Origin: Vicugna vicugna
Taxonomy: Eukaryota
Length of the DNA: 64,000 bases
Assembly: GCA_013265495.1 (NCBI GenBank)
Contig: MU058423.1
Span: 5,252,745 to 5,316,744, forward strand
Direction: 5' to 3'
The position numbers and the translations under genes are program-made. The notes beneath the pieces are model-generated. The model had not been told where the DNA came from. It ran no database searches and saw only the letters and a list, made by a program, of their open reading frames with translations. Every line of letters starts with the position of its first letter. The stretch's first letter is position 1. Of the stretch, positions 54,110 to 64,000 are shown in pieces.

Positions 54110-54770
54110 TTTATTTATTCATCAAATATTCATTCAGCACAAATATACTGTGCACTTAAAAAGTGCCAGGAACTATTGCAAGGGTTGTATGACTCAGAGA
54201 CCAAAACAAAGACCTTGCTTTCATGAATCCTAAACTATACATAGAAAACATACACCTGTGTGCATCCACACTCACAGACGAATCGATGAAACACGTTATC
54301 TATGAGTCTATGGAAGAATAGGAAGCAGGAAGAAGTAGAGAATGACAGGACCGTGGGGAATGGGCAGTTGTGATTATAAACAACTAAACAGAACGGTTAG
54401 AGAGTCTTTTCTGAGGTGGGACTGGTTTAAAGACTTGAAGGAAGTAATCAATGAACCACACTCAGCCTGTGGGATGAGCAGGCCAGGCAGGAGTGACCCT
54501 GACGCAGTTTTGTGGCCCCTGCGTTTGAAAGAGCAAAGCGAGACGGGTAGAGAAGCAGGTGCTCTGCTCACAGAGGAAATAGGAGCGGAGTAATTTAGGG
54601 CTTTGGGGCCAAAGCGAGGCCTTCGGCCTTTACCCTGAATCTGATCAAAGGGATCTGAGGAACTTGAGCAGACGGGTATCATGCCCTTCTGCTTCTCTGG
54701 GTCACTCTAGCTGCCAACAGTGACACAAGGCTTCAAAAGCAAGGAGACCAGTTAGAAGTTTTAAGTTGTA
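54110..54770 (-). mobile_element. L2 LINE
   Basis: 'ttattcatcaaatattcattcagcac...gtgccagg', 'aaagacttgaaggaagtaa', 'gcaaggagaccagttagaag'. Confidence 0.65.
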
Positions 54771-55894
54771 AACTGCTCTCAAACCATCATCAACCTGAAA
54801 GAGTTGAGAAATGAACATTAAATCTTCTCATTACTATATATATGGAGAACAGTGAATATCTCAGAAAGCTTTCTGTGAGTATTAAGTAGCTGAAAAAAAT
54901 TTCCCTGGGAGAACGCTCCAGGCTGCCCCTTTCATCAATGCCCTAACTCTTTCACTATATAAAACTTCACAGTCTCCTGAATTATGTGTAAGAGACACGC
55001 ATTTCTTTCTCTCCATTGTGTTCACCTTTTTGTTTAAGGGAGCATAACTGTTAAGCTTCAGTTATTCTTTTCATCTTTTAAAGCTTTGTGCATTAAGTAT
55101 AATCCATACTTTGTATCATACATCAAAACAATTAATGTACAGTAATGAATTACAGAGTTGAACATAAAAAGAACTTCATCTCCACTTAACGTACAATGCA
55201 TGCAAAATTTCCATTTGAATTGATGGAATGCACACAAGGGCTCTGTGAAGAGATCATTTTCAAGAGCTAGATTTATCAGAATATGAGTGTAGCTCATTTT
55301 TTTGTATATATGTATTGACTTTATTGCTTAATTGGTTTATAAGGGCTGAAAATTGACCTGACCATAAAATTCCTAATACTTCAATGTAAAACAGAGTATC
55401 TTCAGGTTTAGCATCTGTAAGACAATTGCTAATGTCTGGCTTTCACATATGCCTTACTTCTGTTCTTGTGATTTTTTTTTCCCTAATCATCCACTTAGTG
55501 CTCACAGCACTCAAATATTTTCTCTCTTTAATCCTTCTCCATTGCAATGCCTGCCTTCTAATGCCAGCCCATTTTGGACGGCCCTCTATATGACACCTTA
55601 CTAGATACTATGGGAGACTTAAAAAATGAGAGCATCCCTATCCAAATGGAATTTGAAATCAGTTATTTTAATGCAAATCTGGATATAGTAACTGCTATAT
55701 TCAAGGTATGGGTTTAGAAATTTTTCTAGAACAGATAATAACTGTACTGGACCTGAAGAAAGAATAAAAGTTCACTAATCACAGATAGGATTCCTCACCT
55801 TAAGGATAATCTGTCCCTTTGATGTTCTGTTTCAAATAGGTTTTTTTTTTAAACAAGCACTTCGTATTTGTAATTCTGAAAACAACCGTGAATA

Positions 55895-56040
55895 AAGCAT
55901 TTTATTATTTAACACACTTCTGTAGTGCTTATTATTCACTAGGTACTATTCTAAGAGCTTTACATATGTCAACTCATCCAATACTGGTAACATTTTTCTG
56001 AGGTAGGTAGGTACTATCTTGTACCATTTTACAGACGAGT
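55895..56040 (-). mobile_element. MIR SINE
   Basis: 'gtgcttattattcactaggtactattctaagagctttacatat...ccattttacagacgag'. Confidence 0.75.
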
Positions 56041-56319
56041 TTATTCTCCATTCACCGCACCACTGGCCCCGCCAGCACATTCTCCACTCAGCAGTAAGCC
56101 AGTCAGAGCAGAAGCCTCTTCCACTTTAAACTCTCCAGTAGCTTCCCAAACCGACTAAAAGTAAACCCCAATTCCTTACTGTGGTTTATAGACTATTACA
56201 TAGTCTGGCCCCTGCCTAATTCTCAGTGTTTTATTCTACTATTCTCTTTAATTCCTAAACTCTGGCCTCATTAGCCTTCTTCCTGTACCTGCACACACCA
56301 ATCTCATTCTCCCCTCGGG

Positions 56320-57400
56320 GTTTTTGTACTCACTCCGTCCTCTGTCCGCACTGTTGCCTTCACAGTGTTGTCCTGGCTGCTGCGGGGGCGGTCCTGGAGG
56401 GCCTTCCAGAATTCGGTGCAAGGGCATCCGGACCTGACTGGTACGGCGGCAGCACGGCGGTGGCCCCACCCGGCACCACCACCCACAGGAAACACAACGT
56501 TTCATCTACTACTCCGACACGGGCTGGGCCGTGGGGGCCGAGGAGTCTGACTTTTTAAGGCTGGGCCTTCCCCTTCTTTGTGCAATGCTGACACAGGACT
56601 TCGTGACCTGGGAGAAAGGCCGAAATGGCGAAGCTCATGCACCATGCGCCCTGGAAGCTCTCACAGTCTGGACGGAGGGAGCCGGATGGACGAAGTCAAG
56701 TTTCGCAAAAGAAGCTAAGGACCACTGGCTCCAGAGGAGCCCCCAGCTTCAGCCAGAAGGAGGTGCGGAGCATGGGCCTCCACCCATCCCGGAGGGCTTC
56801 GGCGCGTCCAGCAGTGCGCCCTGGACCACGGCCGCACGTGGGGCTCAGCCACCGACCCGCCCGGTCCACGCCTGGCTGTGAGGGAGCTGCCGGCGAGCCT
56901 CCGCCTCCTCCCAGGGCCATCCGGCTTCCCCGTGGCCTTGGGGGAAGGTGTGGTGGCCCCCGGCCAGTCCGTCCTCCCACCCAGACGCTGACGCTCGCCG
57001 CCGGACTCCGCAGAGCTGCGCGCACGCGGGGCAGCGCACCCTCCCCCGCGGTCACGAGGGCCGCGCGTGCGCGCCACCTTCCGGGAGGCGCGGGCCGTTC
57101 AGCCCCGGCCCGGGCCGCAAGGGCCGCCGGGAGCCAGGCCCGCATGCAGAGCCCGCTCCTCCTTTCCACAGGAGGCCCACGGGAGCCGCCTCTCTGGGGA
57201 CAGAAACTGGCGCTGGGCCTGGCAGAGCCGACCGGAAGCCAGGACTGAAGCGGTAAGTCCAGACTAAGGGTCTCCTTTCCCAGCTCCTTAGGTTTTTGGA
57301 GAAGACCGCGCCGCATCCTCACGTCGCCGCAGGGTGACCCCAGCCTGAGAGCTGGTGTGGGGGGGACTGTGCGTCAGCTCTTTGACCTGCCCCGTGGCCA
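56320..57400. promoter_or_regulatory. CpG island, probable bidirectional promoter
   Basis: Abrupt GC/CpG-rich block in an AT-rich window; NRF1-like GCGCGTGCGC at 57063-57072; ETS CCGGAAG at 57232-57238 and CTTCCGG at ~57078; E-box CACGTG at ~56835; donors GCG|GTAAGT (+, 57253) and TGG|GTGGGA (-, 56980). Confidence 0.85.
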
Positions 57401-58034
57401 CTTGCTTTGGTTACTTAATCTAATCTCTCTCCCCTACTCTAGCGTTTTAAGCTTCCGAGGGCTGAGACCTTGTTCGTTTTATTTCACGTAGTCCCTTGTG
57501 GCTGGGAGAGCACTTGGCAAAGAGGAGCTCTTCGTAAGCAGTGGCAGAATAACTGAATGAACATATAAAGTCACTTCAAATCCATTTTTGAAACTTTAGG
57601 TTTCTATACAGCTGTTCACATTCCATAAAGTGAATTGAAACCTGTTTATCCGATTTCAAACCATGATTATCAGGTAACCTGTTCACTGTTTAACAGCATA
57701 GAGGTAACAAATTTATATCTAATAGTTATTAAGTGGTTGTTACTTCCATGCGTAGTGCTGTGGTCAATCTCAACCTTGTATTTCTTAGTCAATATTAATT
57801 ATACATAATAGATGTAGAAATTCGGTCTGAGAGAGGCAAACTATTGCTCAAGAAACGACAAGCAAGTAAGCGGGGCTGATAGTATTTTAGCACATTCAGT
57901 CTAACTACTGAGCTAATGGTCTAAATGACCCTGCTAGAATTTCTCTTTAGAGTAAATATTCAATATGAAGATTTTGTGTATTAATGTAATAGGGAAGAAC
58001 CTTTATGTTCTATTACAAGTTAATCACTAAGAGA

Positions 58035-58418
58035 TGTTGCCTCTGAGCTTAAATTATACATAATAGCCCAACTTAGGAACCCTGCGTCCCAGGTAATGAG
58101 CATCAAGCTAAATAAAATAGCTTTGTTTAGCTCATAGGAAATATCCTGACCAGGCCCACCTGTGAATTGCTGCAATAAGGAAGAAATTAACACATTCCCT
58201 CAGGAGTTTGGCCAGAGCCAGGATTTAATCTCTCCCCTTTTAGTATAAAAGAAGCCTGAATTCTAACTTTGAGAAGATGGTTCTTTGGGAACACCACTCC
58301 ACCATCTTCTCAGTCTGCTGGCTTTCCTGATGAAGTTGCTGTTCCTTGCCCCAATAACTCATCTCTCAATTTATTGGCCTGTTGCGCAGCAAGCAGTTCA
58401 AGCTCAGACACAGTAACA
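58035..58418 (+). mobile_element. ERV1 solo LTR (MER41-like)
   Basis: tgtt...aaca termini; TATA-like 'gtataaaag'; U5 'ccatcttctcagtctgctggctttcc...tttattggcctgttgcgcagcaagcag'. Confidence 0.7.
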
Positions 58419-59679
58419 GTTACTGGCTTGTAATGATTGGCATTAGTGTCTTAAGAAACGGCCCTCAAATATCAAACATGTCTGTGAGTGGAAGCGATGC
58501 ATGTCACTTCCACACACTGAGGCAGCCACCAGCTGGGATCCCTCTTGTGTAACGCCCTTATTTTCCTAGAGGGGGCCTTCAAGGCCATGTGTTCCAGATG
58601 GAGTAGCTTCAAGAAGAAAGCAAGCTGCACAACCACATCTGACTTTACCCTAGTAAGAAATAAACCTACATTTTGTTATGTAACTGTGATCTCTTGGTTA
58701 ATTTGTTACCACAAAACCACACCATGGTCTGTTTCATTCTAATAACACTGGGTAGTACACTGTAGTTTTTAAAAATAGGTAATTATTTTCTAAAATCTGT
58801 CGTGCCTATCTACTAGACACATAATAGCACAGACATAATTTTTGAAAATATGTAATTTTCTAAAATCCATGAAATTCCTGTCCAGTAGAGCCGCTTACTA
58901 GCAGACAAATTAGTGACCCATACTTAATATATTTCCATCCCTTCGTCTCACATCTCTTGGCCAAAATCAGCGACATGGCTCCAAACTACCTACAGGTGAG
59001 ATAATAAGCGAACACGTCAAGTATGTGATGGTGAGCTGTCTCTAACAGCCGGAGTGCTGTATTCTCAGAGGAAATACTATGAAACAAACGTTGACTCTAA
59101 TTATATTTTACTAGGCATAAAGCCTTCACGTAAAATTCTAAAATATTTTAAAATCATTTACTAGAATAACACTTCAGGTAAAAATCTACTTCAGTGCTTT
59201 TCTAGCTAAAGATTACCCTTTGCTCCACAAGCATTTTCTCTACTGGGGATAATAATGTAAAGATCTGGATAGTGAATGAAAACAATACACTTCAGTAACC
59301 ACATTTCTAGTCAGAAGTAATTGGAAGGCTGCGGTGAAACAGTGCTCATCATTATGCAACAGTCATTATAAGTCAACTTGGCTTGGAATTTGCACATCTA
59401 AAATGATAATTCTATGAATTTAATTATTGCCACATGAAAGTGCAAAATTGGCATGCCTTACTAAAATGATATTTATACCAGTATAAAACAGTTTATCTCA
59501 GTTTTGGTATTTTTGTGGGTATTTAATGTATATTGAGTGGCTACAATGTATAGGTTTTAAAAATCAAATATTATACATTCACTTGTTATCAACAGATGTC
59601 ATTTTAAAATTTAACAATTTGTTCAGTGGAGTGAAGACAATTTAGGATGCCATGTAAAAAGAAAACGGACGATTATCTC

Positions 59680-60000
59680 CATCGGTTAGGGCTGCTGTGA
59701 CAAAAATACCATAGGTTTGGTGGCTTAAAAAAAAACACTTATTTCTCACAGTTCTGGAAGCTGAGAAGTCCAAGATCAAGATGCCAAGGTGATTTAGTAT
59801 CTGGTGAGAGCTCTCTTCCTGGCTCATAGATGGCTGTTTTCTAAGTCCTCACACCACGGAGGGAGAGTTCTGTGGGCTCTTAATCACCTTCAAAGGGCAC
59901 CAGTCCCCTCATGGGGGCTCCACCCCCCTGACCTCATCTAAACTAATTACCTCACAAAGGCCCCACCCACTTCCAAATAGGCCCCACATCACATTAGGGC
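59680..60000 (-). mobile_element. MLT1A-like MaLR LTR
   Basis: 'tttctcacagttctggaagctgagaagtccaagatcaag' and 'gacctcatctaaactaattacctc'. Confidence 0.85.
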
Positions 60001-60457
60001 ACCATCTGTATTATCATAAAATTCTTTCCTGTAATGCCAAATATCTTAAAAGTTTATTTGAAAAAGCAATTTGTAATATAATCCTGAAAACAATATTTTT
60101 TCAAACTAATATAATTATTTCTATCTGAAGGCAACATTTGTCTTTTTCTACTTCAATATCATGATGTTTTTGATAGTAATACTTTATTATATTTTGTAAT
60201 TCAAAAGCCATAAAGTCAAAAATTGAAATGACATTAAGTATAATGAAAACAACAATTATGAATATAACATTTCTTGTACTCTTCAAAGTAAAGTACTTGT
60301 AAAAGTAATATGGTATAACTTTCAACATATGTACACTATTTAACAATGGTATTAGACTGATATTTGCCTTTTTTTCCCCTAAACAAACCTCAAAATTATT
60401 TTACATTGATTAATGATATAAAATAAAAGTTATCAAAGGAATGATTTGATTCAAATG

Positions 60458-61123
60458 TGTTATTGGGAAATATAATTAAAAATTAAATCTCCTCCCATCC
60501 CTGATAACCTCCACAGAAGTAGAAAGGAAAGACAGTTTTATTTTTGAAAAAACATTAAATCATAATGTGATGCCCATCACAGGCAATCTGCTAAAGAGAC
60601 TGCAGAGACAGAAAGACATCTCACCCTTCAAATAGTCAAGCTCACATAACACATCACATACATATCTGCAAGATAAACAATAACTGGTCCTTAAGTAAGA
60701 GGATTCGCCAGCATCACTTGTCACACATAGTTCATTCCAAATTTACCTAGGAGTTGGGTAACAATCTGTGTTAGTTCATTGGCTTTATCTAAAGGAAAAA
60801 TAAACTCATATCTTTATGTCAGGAGATAGTTTTGGAGTAAGGTGCCTATAAACTCTCCGTCAGAAACAGATAGGGGCAGTATCTTGATTACCTTTTAAAG
60901 ACACATTTCTCAGGTCCTTGATAAAGACATTCCTGGGTCATAACGCTAGCAAAAGTCTTGTTCTGCTTTTAAAGGAATTTATACATTTCAAAGGGATAAA
61001 TAAAACATAATTAAAAGTTTTCTAAAGTAAATGCTCTAAGAAAAGAGAGGAAGGAAAAGTGTCTTCTCTTATTTTCAACAGGGAGAATTAAGCCTCTTAT
61101 TTTAATTTGTATTTGCCCTTCCA
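60458..61123 (-). mobile_element. MER4-group ERV1 solo LTR
   Basis: Minus strand begins 'tggaagggcaaatacaaattaaaataagaggcttaattctccctg' and ends '...aataaca'; subfamily not certain. Confidence 0.6.
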
Positions 61124-61549
61124 GTTTTCCACATGCACTTGAATCATTTGGACTGTCACTCTCAGAAATATCAGGGGAAACTCAGAAGTGGGCACAGGAG
61201 ATGAATGCTGCTAAATTGGCTTTGGAGAAGAAATAGGAGCGACTTAGAGCCAAATTATTTAGATGTTTAAGTTACAATGATATGGCTACTGTAACAGTAT
61301 ATTGAAAACAAAAAATAATTACCTTTTTAAAGTATGATGTTCTTGAAAATATGTAATTATTACAGCAATAATTATTGCCCTAGGGTTCTAATTATAAGCA
61401 AATTAGTCTAAGTGAGATTTCAATACCAGAAGTCTTTCACTAACAAGTTCCACTCTCCTTAAAATTTTTTGTGTACTTATTTCAGAATATAAAATAACTA
61501 CAGGACACTGTACACTTTGCATGTTATTTTAATGTTAGTGTGCTATGTA

Positions 61550-64000
61550 ACCAGGTTAAAATATAGAACACTCCCAGCACCCTGTTTCAAAAGCTTACTC
61601 ATTCTAACAAGATCCCTTCATAACTTCAGTCAGGCTCCTCTAAGCCCCCTGGGCCTGAACCTTGGCTGTTCATCCTCGCTGGACCTGCATTGCACAGTTT
61701 TAGCAAGAATCCTGCGAAGACATTTTAGGCAGAATCATTCCCCCCACCCTTGGTATCTTATCTGATCAACTTTTTCATGCATCCCATCCCTCGGGTGGTA
61801 TCTAATAACCCCGGCCTCCCTTTGGTAAGAATCCTGTTTAAACAGAGTTCTCACTCCTACCCCGATGATTCCTCTTAGTTATTTCCCATCCACTGACTTC
61901 CACCCTACTCCTCGTCCATAAATCCTTTCTTATCCATGTTGTATTTGGAACTGAGCTAAGTAAGTTATGTACTGAAGTCTCTTTTGCCCTGTTACAATAG
62001 TTCCTGAATAATACCTATTTTTACAACTTTACAGTCTAGTTCTGGTTTTCTTGAACTGTTGTGGTGTCATGACTTGGATAGGATCAGAGTTACCATTGGA
62101 CCCCAAACACATAGCCTTTGTCTCCACTCCTGGCTGATGAATCAGTCAGTCATTGGTGAGTCTTAACTCCTACACCTGTGCTCTGAAGTCACACTCCATT
62201 GAAGCACTATAAAGACAGATTCTTGATTCTTAACATTCTAAGCACTTTCTGTAGATTAGAGGCCCATGAACTCTCTTTTCCCTTCTTGTTGGCATAACTT
62301 TATGAATAATAGTATGGAACTTCAGTTGTCTCTTTGGGACTTAAGATCTCCCCAAACTGACTCCCCTAAGACCTTCCCCTTCCCATTTTTCTGTTCCTCC
62401 TCCTCCCTTTGTAACCTCCAATTTTCCCTTCAACTCCCTTGAATTCTTTGGTATATCCGCCTTCAAATCCTCCTCCATCCCTTTGTGTGACGTTTCCCTT
62501 GCCATGGCTGCCCCTCGGTTAGCTGCTCCCATCATGTCTCTCAAGAAACTCAGGAAACCCCCAAATAACTGCTTGAGGCTGAATGGAACAAAAGGGAAAA
62601 AAAACACCTAATTGGAAACACACTAGATATTTTATCCATTTGCATGAATTTTGGAAACATCCAGACAGCTGTATGCTGTTGCATCAGTCTCTTACCTAGA
62701 AGGCAGTCCACAGTTTCCAAAAGATTACATATTAGGGCAAAAGAAAATCTTAAAAGTTTCCTTCATAAATATTGGTAAAAAGCTCTAGCATTTATATTGA
62801 ACAGATAATCTTAACTTGTTCCGTCTGCTGTAAACACAATTCGGATGCAAATGTAAAGTAGAGCAAAGATAAGAGTATGTTACCCTATTTGTCTGACACA
62901 TTGTTAAAATTTTAAGATAAAAGCAGTAGGATCTATATGCCTGTCTGTGTGTGTTTATGTGTGTTTATGCAGGTTATGTGTGTATGATATTTTTCTACCT
63001 CTAGAAGGTATTAACAAATTAATTTATCAAATCCTTTAAAGGAATTCTATTTAGAGTGGCTAAGAGATAAATGAGCATTGAGATTAATAAATATTGCTAA
63101 AACTCCCCAAAATAATAGAAACTAACCCAAATGCTTTTCAAGTTCACATGACTTGGATAAATCTTTGACAAATAAGATTAGTTGGATATTGTTAGTTTAA
63201 TAAAAACAGCTGTCTTCTGGGCTGTCATCACTTAATTATAATATAAACATGCATTTTGTAATTAAGTTTTTTAGGTTTTTTGCTTTTGTGATACTTGCCT
63301 AACATGCATGTTCTATTAAAAAAATTAACAAGGAAATAATTTGCGATGGTGGCTAGCTTTGTTTAATATTATTATATATGTGTGTGAAAACAGTTTCCAA
63401 GTCTTTTTTAGTAACTTGAAACATTAGACCTATGCTAAATTAAGCCATAAATATTCACTAAATATTTAGATAATTTCTAAGCAAAAAAAAAATACTGAAA
63501 TACTTATTGCTAAGCATAGGTTTAAGTTTACACACTTTTTAAAATTTTTATATGATATATAGAAGCTAAATATATTTGGTTCATTTAATAGATATGGAGA
63601 AACTTGGAAAAAATATACCACGAGGTAGCATAAACGTATAAAAATTGTGAGATACTGTATTCATAAAATTTGCTAGTCTGCTATAAAATCCTAGTATGTG
63701 ACCCAATATTTCACAATAGTCTACTTCCTAGAGTTCTCTGTAAAAGAAAGTTACTAATGGTTTATTCCAGAATGAGAAAGAGGAAAATATAGGGGGGTAA
63801 AAAACAGGAATGTGAAAAAAAAATTATAGAAGTTTTGTGCGGTAGAAGTCTTGGAAAAGGAATCGTCTTATGTGATCAAAGTTGGCTAAGATTGGATGGG
63901 TTTCTGTATGAGATTTTTAAAAAATGAGGCCCATAAAGTACAGATGCAAAATTACACTATCGTACAAAGAGTTTGGTTTTCTCTCTGTTAAAAGAAACAA
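61550..64000 (+). mobile_element. MER31/MER4-group ERV1 provirus 5' part: LTR (~61550-62058), PBS (62062-62079), internal region running off the window
   Basis: 'agtcaggctcctctaagccc...cagttttagcaagaatcctg' is MER31-like; PBS tggtgtcatgacttggat; internal 'ccaaatgcttttcaagttcacatgacttgg' is typical of MER4-group internal sequence. Confidence 0.75.

Noticed and set aside
56625..57322. Opposing ~207-aa ORFs across the CpG island
   Set aside because: Low-complexity Arg/Pro/Gly/Ala translations, expected from stop-poor GC-rich DNA; no recognisable domain

Overview
AT-rich, repeat-dominated mammalian genomic DNA. The young L1 3' UTRs look cetartiodactyl and no ruminant or pig SINEs were seen, so a camelid is plausible; this is inference. 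No protein-coding exon could be recognised. The recognisable ORF-track hits are decayed L1 ORF1/ORF2 or Tigger transposase fragments; the others are N-gap, GC-rich or random ORFs. The main functional landmark is a CpG island at about 56.3-57.4 kb with NRF1/ETS/E-box motifs and candidate splice donors pointing in both directions, i.e. a probable bidirectional promoter. The 56 kb to its left looks like a long intron of a minus-strand gene, because most L1 sequence there is on the + strand. Mobile elements include a nested L1 cluster (7.6-15 kb), a near full-length Tigger1, an MLT1 element with both LTRs, a young gapped L1, a solo ERV1 LTR with a 4-bp TSD, and the 5' end of a MER31/MER4-group provirus with a tRNA-His primer-binding site. 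The most unusual observations are a ~1 kb chimeric insertion bounded by a 13-bp direct repeat, an apparently circularly permuted old L1, a 52-bp L1 tail with a perfect 15-bp TSD, and a mirror-symmetric promoter core. I found no evidence for a wholly new biological system. Repeat subfamily names come from recalled consensus similarity, not from a database search.
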